Assembly (NCBI GenBank): GCA_902534495.1
Contig: CACAQC010000004.1
Coordinates: 5,657-69,656 of the forward strand
DNA from: an uncultured Candidatus Actinomarina sp.
Lineage (GTDB): Bacteria; Actinomycetota; Acidimicrobiia; Actinomarinales; Actinomarinaceae
Reading direction: 5' to 3'
Length of the DNA: 64,000 nt
In this document: in pieces, positions 11,392-20,522 of the stretch
Position numbering within the stretch: position 1 is the stretch's first letter
Layout of the letters: every line of letters begins with the position of its first letter
Program-made: the position numbers and the translations under genes
The notes under the pieces: model-generated
The model's input: only the letters and a program-made list of their open reading frames with translations
The model's database searches: none
Told to the model about the DNA's origin: nothing

Positions 11392-11961
11392 CTAAATTTT
11401 TACTATTTCCTGAGTTGAATTTGGTAAAGTTTTTAGAATTCTCCTGGGCCTACCTCTATATTTAACCCTCGAAGTTTGTTCCTGCCCCATAAAACACCCT
11501 TTAAAATAATCAACAAAATTTTCTAGCCAATTAACTTCATTTGGAAGTATGCCGTTATCAATAATATTTTTTAAAGGTAGTTCAAGCGACAATCCCAACA
11601 TGTCCCAAGAATTATTTTCCTCTAATTTATCCGAAAGAATCACAATTAATTTATCATCATCTATTTGAACTTTGAAGTTACTAACATCTTTAGATATTTC
11701 AATATCACAATCAATTCTAATTTTATATTTATTAAATACTTCCATCATTTTTTCAAGAACTTCTAAGGATTGATACATTTGAAATTCTTGATTTTTTAGT
11801 GAACAAATAAACCAAAACATGACTTTTCCATCTGGTCCTAAAAGATATGAAAACTTTGTTTCAGATTCTGAAATTGAATTTGAAATAAGTGAATCAACAA
11901 AACTAAAGGCATCTTTCCCAGAAAACTTTAAAGATACTTCGCTGCTTATATTTAATGACAT
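11392..11961 (-). CDS. YgfZ/GcvT-like folate-binding protein, unusually short
   Basis: 189 aa. The C-terminal KGCFMGQEQTSRVKYRGRPRR matches the YgfZ signature KGC[YF]xGQE. Confidence 0.6.
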   Translation of the reverse strand: MSLNISSEVSLKFSGKDAFSFVDSLISNSISESETKFSYLLGPDGKVMFWFICSLKNQEFQMYQSLEVLEKMMEVFNKYKIRIDCDIEISKDVSNFKVQIDDDKLIVILSDKLEENNSWDMLGLSLELPLKNIIDNGILPNEVNWLENFVDYFKGCFMGQEQTSRVKYRGRPRRILKTLPNSTQEIVKI

Positions 11962-11964
11962 ATT

Positions 11965-12672
11965 CTAGATTGTACTCAGCCAATCAAGATTTAATAAATA
12001 CAATATCTCTTGAAAAAAAGATGCCAAAATATACATTTTGTCTGTATAAATAAGAAAACCTATCCCAATTAAAACAACTCCTGAAAATTTACTTGAGAAT
12101 TTTTGAAAGTTAACAAATAACCTATTTTTAAGATTGATTCGATTTGAAATAATCGCTATTGCAAGAAATGGTATTCCCATACCTAAGGAAAACATAATTA
12201 AATAAAATATTCCACTGTTTATAGTTTCTGCATTTGAAGAAAGTGTTAATAGTGCTCCAAGGACTGGACCAATACAAGGGGTAAAACCAAATCCAAAAGT
12301 GAATCCCATGAGTAAGTTTTTGGATTTATTGAATTTATCAATATTTAATAAATTAGAACCATAAAAATATCGAGTATTTAATTTAGGAATTAAAAGTATT
12401 AATCCAAAAAATATGATTATGAATCCACTAGCTTGTGACAAAATTGTGGCGTTTCTACTGAAAAAGGAGCCCAGAGTAGTTGCCAAAGCACCCAAACTGA
12501 TAAAGACAAAAGAGAAACCCAGTACGAACTGTAATGATCCAATTATTCGTGAAATTTGGTCGTTTTTATTTAAAGAAAATATAGCTAGATAACCAGGCAC
12601 TAGTGGTAAGACGCAAGGTGAGAAGAATGATATAACACCAAAGAAGAATGCAATTCCAAAATTAAGGTCCAT
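11965..12672 (-). CDS. ccdA: Cytochrome c biogenesis thiol:disulfide transporter CcdA (DsbD family)
   Basis: 235 aa, about 6 TM. Contains FFSPCVLPLVPGY and FTPCIGPVLGA, the two CcdA Cys motifs. Confidence 0.9.
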   Translation of the reverse strand: MDLNFGIAFFFGVISFFSPCVLPLVPGYLAIFSLNKNDQISRIIGSLQFVLGFSFVFISLGALATTLGSFFSRNATILSQASGFIIIFFGLILLIPKLNTRYFYGSNLLNIDKFNKSKNLLMGFTFGFGFTPCIGPVLGALLTLSSNAETINSGIFYLIMFSLGMGIPFLAIAIISNRINLKNRLFVNFQKFSSKFSGVVLIGIGFLIYTDKMYILASFFQEILYLLNLDWLSTI

Positions 12673-12723
12673 TATATAAATATATACTTTGATTTTTTTT
12701 ATGAATATTTACGTTACTTATGA

Positions 12724-13365
12724 TTATTTGAAATTATTTTTTCTTCTATGTTTAAAGCAAATTATACATTTTTCTAAATCGTGACCTCTAGCTGGACAAA
12801 ACTCTCTTCCATAAAATATTATTTGTAAATGCAATTTATTCCATTTATCGATAGGAAATAAGCGTTTTAAATCTTTTTCAGTTTGTTCTACATTTTTTCC
12901 TGTTGAAAGTCCCCACCTCCAAGCTAAACGATGAATATGGGTATCAACTGGAAAAGCAGGATACCCAAATGCTTGACTCATAACTACTGAGGCTGTTTTA
13001 TGTCCAACACCAGGTAAATTCTCCAGATCTTTAAAATTTGCTGGAACTTTAGAACCATGATCTTTATCAAGCATTTTTGATAAAGTGTGAATTGATTTAG
13101 ATTTTTGTGGTGATAGGCCACAAGGTCTTATTATTTTTTCTATATTTCTTATACCAAGCTTTACCATTTTTTTGGGATTGTTTGCTTCTTTGAACAAAAG
13201 TGGAGTAATTTTATTTACTCTTTCATCAGTACATTGAGCTGATAATACGACTGCTACCAATAGTGTATAAGGGTCTTTGTGAGATAAAGGAATTGGAGTT
13301 TTAGGATATAATTTTTCAAGTATTTTTAAAATATCATTAGCTTTTTTTTCTTTATTTGTTAACAC
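12724..13365 (-). CDS. nth: Endonuclease III (DNA glycosylase/AP lyase)
   Basis: 213 aa. HhH-GPD region LENLPGVGHKTASVVMSQAFG...PVDTHIHRLAWRWG. The C-terminal Cys cluster is atypical (see findings). Confidence 0.9.
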   Translation of the reverse strand: MLTNKEKKANDILKILEKLYPKTPIPLSHKDPYTLLVAVVLSAQCTDERVNKITPLLFKEANNPKKMVKLGIRNIEKIIRPCGLSPQKSKSIHTLSKMLDKDHGSKVPANFKDLENLPGVGHKTASVVMSQAFGYPAFPVDTHIHRLAWRWGLSTGKNVEQTEKDLKRLFPIDKWNKLHLQIIFYGREFCPARGHDLEKCIICFKHRRKNNFK

Positions 13366-13389
13366 ATCACTATTTTAAACAATATATTA

Positions 13390-14229
13390 TTGTTCAACCA
13401 TATGTTGTTAAGTGATAAAAATAAGTCATTGGCTGCGTTGTTTTTTTCAGCAATGTTCTTTGGTTCAACATTTTTAATTGTTAAAAACTTATTAGATGCC
13501 TTTAGTCCAACATTTGTTGTTTTCATAAGATATTTAATTGCTGCAATCTTTTTCTTAATAATCGGTGGATTACCAAAAAAGGAAACTTTGAAACCAGGTG
13601 TACTGATGGGTTTTTTCCTTTGGCTTGGTTACATTTCCCAAACTCAAGGTCTTGTTACTACCTCAACAATTAATTCAGGAGTGGTAACTGGTTTTTATGT
13701 TGTGTTGACTCCTTTTTTCTCTAGAGCAATTAACAAAACTTCATTAAGCCGTAAGAATTATATGTATTCCGTTTTGGGATTTATAGGTATTGTTTTAATT
13801 TCAATAACTGATTTCTCACAAATCTTTGGAAATATTTTTACATTTATTTGTGCAATTGCATATGCAATGCACATAGTTTTTGTTGAAAGATATGTCAGCA
13901 ACCTTAGCATCTCTCAGCTCATGGCAGTTCAGTCAATAACAGGTGCTATTCTTTGCCTTCCTTTGTTGAATATAAATGAGTTTTCAAATTTAGCGGAATA
14001 CATACTACCAATATTTTTTCTGGGAATAGTTGTAAATGTTGGTGCATTCTATCTCCAACTTTATGGGCAAAAAATTATCAAAGCATCTACATCAGCATTA
14101 ATTTTGAGTTTGGAGGCAATTTTTGCACTTTTTATTGGAATATTGATTGCGGGTGAAATCTTGGGATTGATTAGCTGGATAGGAGTGTTGCTAGTTTTAT
14201 TATCAATATTTCTAGTAATTAAAGAATAG
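13390..14229 (+). CDS. EamA/DMT-family transporter
   Basis: 279 aa, about 10 TM, with two EamA-like halves. TTG start in the track; an ATG at 13402 is an alternative. Confidence 0.7.
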   Translation: MFNHMLLSDKNKSLAALFFSAMFFGSTFLIVKNLLDAFSPTFVVFIRYLIAAIFFLIIGGLPKKETLKPGVLMGFFLWLGYISQTQGLVTTSTINSGVVTGFYVVLTPFFSRAINKTSLSRKNYMYSVLGFIGIVLISITDFSQIFGNIFTFICAIAYAMHIVFVERYVSNLSISQLMAVQSITGAILCLPLLNINEFSNLAEYILPIFFLGIVVNVGAFYLQLYGQKIIKASTSALILSLEAIFALFIGILIAGEILGLISWIGVLLVLLSIFLVIKE

Positions 14230-14482
14230 AATCTTCTTTATTTAAGTAATTTATAGATTTCATAATAATTCTTAGTAAAAAAACTAAAAAGAAAAAAGCA
14301 CTAATAAGAATTACAAGCAATCTTGGACCTGCAGTAATCGGAATTGTACAAGTCAAAAGATCCTCGCATACACCAAAACCATTTCCACCAGTTGCAATAT
14401 CAAAAACAATTAATAAAGGATATGCAAGAATCATGATTAGCGAAATCAGGATTAAAAAAACTATTATTCTTAATAAAAACAT
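14219..14482 (-). CDS. Hypothetical small membrane protein
   Basis: 87 aa with two hydrophobic helices. The only ORF filling this gap. Its 3' end overlaps the convergent EamA gene by 11 nt. Confidence 0.35.
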   Translation of the reverse strand: MFLLRIIVFLILISLIMILAYPLLIVFDIATGGNGFGVCEDLLTCTIPITAGPRLLVILISAFFFLVFLLRIIMKSINYLNKEDSIL

Positions 14483-14511
14483 ATTTTAAATATTTTAATA
14501 TAGTTACATAA

Positions 14512-15174
14512 ATGAAAGTTAAATTAATAAGTTATTCCAAACCAACTGAAGAAATTTCTGATAGTGGTATTGATGACGCTCAAGAATTGGTTGCTTTCTG
14601 TGCAAGAGTTTCTAATCCATCAAACCAACTAAACACTGAGACTAGTGAAAAATTAATAAAATATCTTATCAATAATGCCCATTGGTCACCATTAGAAATG
14701 GTTAGTGCTTGTCTAGAAATCGAAACTACAAGAGACATAGCGAGACAAATGTTGAGACATAGATCTTTTAGTTTTCAGGAATTCAGCCAACGATATGCTA
14801 ATCCTGTAAAAGATTTGGAATTCATTGTTAGAGAAGCAAGAATGCAAGATCCAAAAAATAGACAGAATTCTATCGAAAATGAAGATGATGAAATATCAGA
14901 GAATTGGAAAAATAAACAAGAAAAGATAATCAAAGACGCAACTGAAGCCTACAACTGGGCAATTGAAAATGGTATTGCTAAAGAACAGGCAAGATCTGTT
15001 TTGCCAGAAGGTAATACTGTAAGTCGTCTTTACATGAATGGAACGTTAAGAAGCTGGATACATTATATTGAACTAAGATCAGCTAATGGAACTCAAAAAG
15101 AACACATGGAAATCGCATTAGCATGTGCAGATGTGATTAATAAAATATTTCCAATGGGAGAAAATCTAAATTAA
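14512..15174 (+). CDS. thyX: Flavin-dependent thymidylate synthase
   Basis: 220 aa with the ThyX motif RHRSFSFQEFSQRY. Confidence 0.93.
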   Translation: MKVKLISYSKPTEEISDSGIDDAQELVAFCARVSNPSNQLNTETSEKLIKYLINNAHWSPLEMVSACLEIETTRDIARQMLRHRSFSFQEFSQRYANPVKDLEFIVREARMQDPKNRQNSIENEDDEISENWKNKQEKIIKDATEAYNWAIENGIAKEQARSVLPEGNTVSRLYMNGTLRSWIHYIELRSANGTQKEHMEIALACADVINKIFPMGENLN

Positions 15175-15380
15175 TTGTCTAATTTAAATTTGAGAATTAA
15201 GTATTCTTCTGTAATTTCAACTTCTGAATCAGCAATAATCATAAAGTCTTGGTAGTCTATTTCGGCTTGTTTAACAAATGCCATTCTATCATCTCCACCT
15301 ACAGGAGGAATAGAACGGTTTTTTACTGCTTCAGCGCGCTCCTTATATCTATCTAATAGTTCTTCTACATTCAATGACAT
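15171..15380 (-). CDS. Hypothetical small acidic protein
   Basis: 69 aa. Compact position just upstream of dnaE. No recognised motif. Confidence 0.4.
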   Translation of the reverse strand: MSLNVEELLDRYKERAEAVKNRSIPPVGGDDRMAFVKQAEIDYQDFMIIADSEVEITEEYLILKFKLDN

Positions 15381-15393
15381 AGTTAGATTCTAG

Positions 15394-18300
15394 TTATTTT
15401 GCCAGTAATGTACTAATTTCATTCTTGAGTTGATTAGTTTTCTTTACTCTTATTTCTTTTAATTCCAATAATTTCGAACCAGTTTTTGAGTTCACTTCAA
15501 GCTCAACTGAAGACAATCCTGGAAATTTTTCTAACAATTCTTTTAAAAGTACTAAGTTTTTTTTATCTAATTTTTCTTCATCAACTGATATTCTTAGTGG
15601 TGTAGTATCTAGATTCTCTATCATTTTTGATGGTTCAATGACTTCAATATCTCTTGCCCTAATAGTATTTTCAGATCCACCAACATAAGTTCCAGAAACT
15701 TTTAAATAAATTTCTCCATCTATTGATGCATTATATTTATCTACTAACTTGTTGAATAAGAGTACTCCTGAAGATCCTGTTAAGTCTTGAATGTCAAATT
15801 GTATCCATGGATTGCCTCTTCTAGAAACTCGTTTTTGAACATTTGAAATTAATCCTGAAATTGTTACATTTATTTCTTCTTCGTCTTCTAGACTCTGTAA
15901 CTCGATAATTGAATGGGTGGATTCAGATTTTAAAACTTCTCCATATCCTTCAAGGGGATCTTCGCTTACAAAAAAACCAAGCATTTCCCTTTCTCTTTCA
16001 AGTAGTTCTTTTTTATCCCACTCAGCGCTTTTGATATTTATAGATGTTGAATTTGCCTCTTCTATTGGAAATAAAGAGGCCTGGTTGTTTTCTTTAGTAG
16101 CTTTTAATTCTTTTGCATTTTCTATCAAATCAATAACAGCATCAAACATTCCTTTTCTTGTATGGCCAAATTTATCAAGACCTCCTCCTTGAATTAAAGC
16201 CTCTACTCCTCTTTTGTTAAGAGATCTTGAGTCTATACGTGATAAAAATTCTTCAATAGATTTAAAGTCTCCATTACTTTCTCGTTCAAAAACTATTTTG
16301 TCGGCTGTAATATCTCCTACGTTTCTAACTGCAGACAAGCCAAAAAGAATCTCATTGTCATTAACTGTGAAATCTGAAGAGCTTAAATTAACATCTGGCG
16401 TTGAAACTTTTACTCCCATATCCCTAGCTTCAGATAAAAAGATTGCAGTACGATCTTTATCTCTTTTTACTGCTGTTAAGCAAGCAGCTATGTATTCAGC
16501 AGGATAATTAGCTTTTAAATAGGCTGTTTGATATGCCAATAATGCATACGGAACTGAATGGCTTTTGTTGAATCCATAGCCAGCAAAATATGCAATTTGG
16601 TCAAATAGCTCTATCGCAAACTGTTCTGAATAATTGTTGGAAACAGCTCCATCTGTAAATTTTTTCCTCTGCTCCTCCATTACTTTTGGAATTTTTTTAC
16701 CCATAGCAACTCGTAAATTGTCTGCTTCTTGAAGATTAAATCCTGCAATTTTTTCGGCAATCTGCATAACTTGTTCTTGGTATAGAATTACTCCATAAGT
16801 TTCATTTAAAATACTTTCAAGATCAGTGTGTAGATATTCAATCTCTTTTCTGTTATTTGCTCTATCCGCAAATTCATTGTGCATACCAGCACCGAGAGGC
16901 CCCGGTCTAATTAATGCAACTAATGCAACTATATCTTCAAATCTTTTTGGCTTTAAACTTCTCGAAGTAGACTGAGCTACTCTACTTTCAAGTTGAAATA
17001 CTCCAGTCATTTTACCTTCAGCAAATAATTTAAAAGTTTTTTCATCATCAAGTTTTAAATTATCTATATCAAGGCTTTCACTACCAATAAGCTCTAAAGT
17101 TCTATCAACTATTGATAAATTTCTCAGTCCTAAAAAGTCCATCTTCAATAAACCAAGTTGCTCCACTGTGTGCATTTCGTATTGTGTAACAATTTCTGCA
17201 TTCGAGCCTTTTTGTTGAATTGGTAAAAATTTTGTTATAGTGTCGGGAGAAATTACTATTGCTGCAGCATGAATTCCATCTTGTCTTCTTAAGCCTTCTA
17301 GACCTAGTGCGATATCAATAATTTGTTTAGCTTCCTCATCATTTTTGTATTGTTTTCTAAGTTCTTCTGACGCAGAATAGAATTCTTTACTATAACCACT
17401 AGTGTTTTCTTCATCAAGACTTAAGCACTCAGAAATAGTTGCTGTATTTCCAAGTATCATTGGGGGCATTAATTTTGCTACTCTATCACCACTAGAAAAA
17501 GGAAGTCCTAATACTCTTGCTGCATCTCTTATTGCCTGTTTAGCTTTAATTGTCGCGAAAGTAACTATATGAGCAACCCTGTCTTGACCATATTTTTCAA
17601 TAGCATATTGTATTACATCATTTCTATATCTCTCATCAAAGTCCATATCAATATCAGGAAGAGATTTTCTTCCTTTATTAAGAAATCGTTCAAAGATTAA
17701 TCCATATTCAAGTGGTTCAATTCCGGTAATTCCCAAACAATATGAAACTATTGATCCTGCAGCAGAACCTCTTCCTGCTCCTGTCCTTATATTTCTTTTT
17801 TTGGAAAATTCAATTAAATCACCAACAATTAAAAAATATGAAGCAAATCCCATAGAATTTATGACATCCAATTCATAATCTATTCTTTCAATAATCTCAG
17901 AAGTTAAAGTCTCATATTTACCCTCTCCCCCTTCGTAAACTTTAATTTTTAAAAGCTCTTCTGGAGAAACGTTTTTATCTTCAATTGGAAAATCTGGGAG
18001 ATAGCTGTTATCAAAATTAAATTCATATTTAACTCTATCCGCAATTGCAAGTGTATTGTCACAGGCACCTGGATACTTATCTTCAGGAAATAATTTTCTC
18101 ATCTCTTCAGAAGACTTTACATAATAACCTGAACCGTCGAACCTAAATCTGCTTTCGTCATCTAATGTTCTATTTGTTTGAACACAAAGAAGTGCATCAT
18201 GTGCTTCTGCACCATTTTCCTCTACATAATGAGAATCATTTGCAGCCACAAGTGGTGCATCTATTAGTTGAGCAATTTCCACTAAGTCATCAAGAATATC

Positions 18301-18891
18301 AAGTTGCTGCTTGATTCCATGATTATGGATTTCAATAAAATAATTTTCTTTGCCAAATATAGATTGATATTTTTTTGCAATGTCTAAAGCTTTTTCAAAA
18401 CTTCTTTCATTTGAGGTATTGCCTTCCTCTACTGAACCGTCCGGTGCTAAGTGTTGTGCTAGCTCTCCTCCAAGACAGCCAGATAAAGCTATTAATCCGT
18501 CATGATGTTGGTCTAATAGTTCGTAATCAATTCTAGGTTTGTAATAATAACCCTCCGTGTATGCTTTACTGACTAATTCAACTAAATTTTGGTATCCAAT
18601 ATTATTTTCCGCTAATAAAGTTAAGTGGTATCTTTTATTATTTTCTCTATCTGGCCTATCAAATCTGGAACCTGGTGTGATGTATGCTTCATACCCAATA
18701 ATTGGTTTGATTCCAAAATCATTTGCTTTTTGGACAAACTCCATTGCGCCGTATAGGTTTCCATGATCAGTTATTGCAGCAGCTGGTTGATTTAATTCTT
18801 TTACTTTTTTTAAATAGTCAACTATTTTTGCTGCACCATCTAACATTGAATACTCTGTATGTGCATGTAGATGAACAAATGATTTAGTCAT
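15394..18891 (-). CDS. dnaE: DNA polymerase III alpha subunit
   Basis: 1165 aa. N-terminal PHP domain FVHLHAHTEYSMLDG; polymerase core GSAAGS, DIDMDF; C-terminal OB region. Confidence 0.97.
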   Translation of the reverse strand: MTKSFVHLHAHTEYSMLDGAAKIVDYLKKVKELNQPAAAITDHGNLYGAMEFVQKANDFGIKPIIGYEAYITPGSRFDRPDRENNKRYHLTLLAENNIGYQNLVELVSKAYTEGYYYKPRIDYELLDQHHDGLIALSGCLGGELAQHLAPDGSVEEGNTSNERSFEKALDIAKKYQSIFGKENYFIEIHNHGIKQQLDILDDLVEIAQLIDAPLVAANDSHYVEENGAEAHDALLCVQTNRTLDDESRFRFDGSGYYVKSSEEMRKLFPEDKYPGACDNTLAIADRVKYEFNFDNSYLPDFPIEDKNVSPEELLKIKVYEGGEGKYETLTSEIIERIDYELDVINSMGFASYFLIVGDLIEFSKKRNIRTGAGRGSAAGSIVSYCLGITGIEPLEYGLIFERFLNKGRKSLPDIDMDFDERYRNDVIQYAIEKYGQDRVAHIVTFATIKAKQAIRDAARVLGLPFSSGDRVAKLMPPMILGNTATISECLSLDEENTSGYSKEFYSASEELRKQYKNDEEAKQIIDIALGLEGLRRQDGIHAAAIVISPDTITKFLPIQQKGSNAEIVTQYEMHTVEQLGLLKMDFLGLRNLSIVDRTLELIGSESLDIDNLKLDDEKTFKLFAEGKMTGVFQLESRVAQSTSRSLKPKRFEDIVALVALIRPGPLGAGMHNEFADRANNRKEIEYLHTDLESILNETYGVILYQEQVMQIAEKIAGFNLQEADNLRVAMGKKIPKVMEEQRKKFTDGAVSNNYSEQFAIELFDQIAYFAGYGFNKSHSVPYALLAYQTAYLKANYPAEYIAACLTAVKRDKDRTAIFLSEARDMGVKVSTPDVNLSSSDFTVNDNEILFGLSAVRNVGDITADKIVFERESNGDFKSIEEFLSRIDSRSLNKRGVEALIQGGGLDKFGHTRKGMFDAVIDLIENAKELKATKENNQASLFPIEEANSTSINIKSAEWDKKELLEREREMLGFFVSEDPLEGYGEVLKSESTHSIIELQSLEDEEEINVTISGLISNVQKRVSRRGNPWIQFDIQDLTGSSGVLLFNKLVDKYNASIDGEIYLKVSGTYVGGSENTIRARDIEVIEPSKMIENLDTTPLRISVDEEKLDKKNLVLLKELLEKFPGLSSVELEVNSKTGSKLLELKEIRVKKTNQLKNEISTLLAK

Positions 18892-18919
18892 AAATTTATT
18901 GTAAAGTTTTTTTGAGAAA

Positions 18920-19621
18920 TTACATGTTCATTATTGAACTAAAATAATCAGGTATATCTATTTCAAATTCAAAATCTTCATCATTTACTGTAAAACTTAA
19001 ATAATACGACTGTAAGCAGATTGCATTCGCTGGTACTTTGCTGTTTCTTTTAGCACCATAAAGTAAATCATTTACAATCGGCATTTTTAAATGCTCTAGA
19101 TGTGCTCTAATTTGATGATTACGACCAGTAACTAAGTCTAATTCTAATAAAGCATTCTCTTCAGTTTTTTTTACTGTTTCAAATTTAGTTATAGCTTCTC
19201 TTCCAGTTTTATTTACTTCTCTTTTTTTTCTATTTTTTTTTGATTTTGCAAGTGGAAGATTTATTTCACCGCTTTTTGTATGTGGATAACCTTCTACTAT
19301 TGCTCTGTACTTTTTATTAATTAATCTGTTTTTAAATTGAGATTGAAAGTATGCAAAATTATTCTCATCCAAAACACAGACCATCAGTCCTGAAGTTACT
19401 CTGTCTAATCTATGAACAATACCCTCTCTTTGATTATTATCTTTAATTTGTAAATTAAATTCATTAACTAAAAAGTCTCTAACTGTAGCTTCTTTTGAAT
19501 GGCTAGTTGGATGTGACAAAATTCCGTATGGTTTGTTTAAGACCAAAAATTGGTCACTCTTAAAAATTACCTCAATATTATTTATTTTTAATCTCCGAAT
19601 ATAAAAGCAAGACAATTCCAA
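18920..19621 (-). CDS. RluA-family pseudouridine synthase (no N-terminal S4 domain)
   Basis: 233 aa with catalytic motif HRLDRVTSGLMV and GRNHQIRAHL. Confidence 0.85.
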   Translation of the reverse strand: MELSCFYIRRLKINNIEVIFKSDQFLVLNKPYGILSHPTSHSKEATVRDFLVNEFNLQIKDNNQREGIVHRLDRVTSGLMVCVLDENNFAYFQSQFKNRLINKKYRAIVEGYPHTKSGEINLPLAKSKKNRKKREVNKTGREAITKFETVKKTEENALLELDLVTGRNHQIRAHLEHLKMPIVNDLLYGAKRNSKVPANAICLQSYYLSFTVNDEDFEFEIDIPDYFSSIMNM

Positions 19622-20069
19622 TTGAAATATAAGTATCAGCTAAATTAAAACTTGGTATAAACAGAAGTTCTACAAAATCTGTTACTTTACCATTGCTATT
19701 AAAAATTAGATTCCAACCTCTTTCGCCTAAGTTTCCTATTGCCCCCGCAAGAATAAGTGTTAGTGAATAAAACTCAACTGTTCCATTTTCAACCTCTTTG
19801 AATTGAAAAATTAGCCAAGTGAAAACAAATATTGAGAAAACATAAGTAATAGAAGTATATTCGCTAAAAAGACCAAACGCGATGCCTGTGTTAAATGTAA
19901 GATCTATTGTTAAAAAATTGTCAATTATTACTTGCTCTTGGATGTTATTAACTCGAATAAAATATTTTGTTATTAAATCTAATGAAGCAAAAATAACTGC
20001 AAAAAAATACGGATATATTTTTTTATTAAGATTCAAGTAATTCTGCACACTCTTTGCGTAAGGTTGCAT
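19578..20069 (-). CDS. lspA: Lipoprotein signal peptidase II
   Basis: 163 aa. Motifs NTGIAFG and FNLADTYISIG. The true start may be downstream (a TTG near 20036), because the track start overlaps the preceding gene by 44 nt. Confidence 0.85.
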   Translation of the reverse strand: MQPYAKSVQNYLNLNKKIYPYFFAVIFASLDLITKYFIRVNNIQEQVIIDNFLTIDLTFNTGIAFGLFSEYTSITYVFSIFVFTWLIFQFKEVENGTVEFYSLTLILAGAIGNLGERGWNLIFNSNGKVTDFVELLFIPSFNLADTYISIGIVLLLYSEIKNK

Positions 20070-20403
20070 AAGGAAGAGCTTCGAGCCTTGCTACTGGAAT
20101 AGGTTCACCACAATTTTCACAATTTCCGTACTTTTTCTTTTTAATAAGTACAAGAGCATGCTCGACTTGGTTAAGTAAATGTTTAGTGTTTTCGTCTAGT
20201 GTAAGGTCTTTTTCAAGCTCAAATGCCATTGATCCACCGTCGGCAGAAGTTGGATCTGGACTCCTTTCAGCAGAAGCTTCAGAGATTCTAATATTTTCTC
20301 TTTCCTGCTGATGTTGTTCTAAAATTGCTATAAGCTGTTCGCGTTCAGCTAAAAGCCTTTTTTCGAACTTTTTAATTGTATTTGGGGAAAGTTTTCTAGC
20401 CAT
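20026..20403 (-). CDS. DksA/TraR-family zinc-finger protein
   Basis: 125 aa. Coiled-coil N-terminus and C-terminal CENCGEPIPVARLEALPYATLRKEC (only three Cys visible). The position between ileS and lspA is as in Streptomyces. Confidence 0.75.
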   Translation of the reverse strand: MARKLSPNTIKKFEKRLLAEREQLIAILEQHQQERENIRISEASAERSPDPTSADGGSMAFELEKDLTLDENTKHLLNQVEHALVLIKKKKYGNCENCGEPIPVARLEALPYATLRKECAELLES

Positions 20404-20522
20404 AATATTTTTATTGTTGAACGTATATTAGCCATATTTAGATTAAATCAAAGATTTTTATATTTTTTTAAAACTTCATTAATTACACAAATTGTAGAAG
20501 AAACCCTTTAAAATTCAATGAT

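Noticed and set aside
15917-18766. Plus-strand ORFs (91, 97 and 69 aa) inside dnaE
   Set aside because: Antisense shadow ORFs.
20404-20522. Possible T-box or other leader upstream of ileS (actinobacterial ileS genes often carry a T-box)
   Set aside because: The spacer is only 119 nt and very AT-rich. I found no T-box core (GGTGGTACC-like) sequence and no convincing specifier or antiterminator helices.
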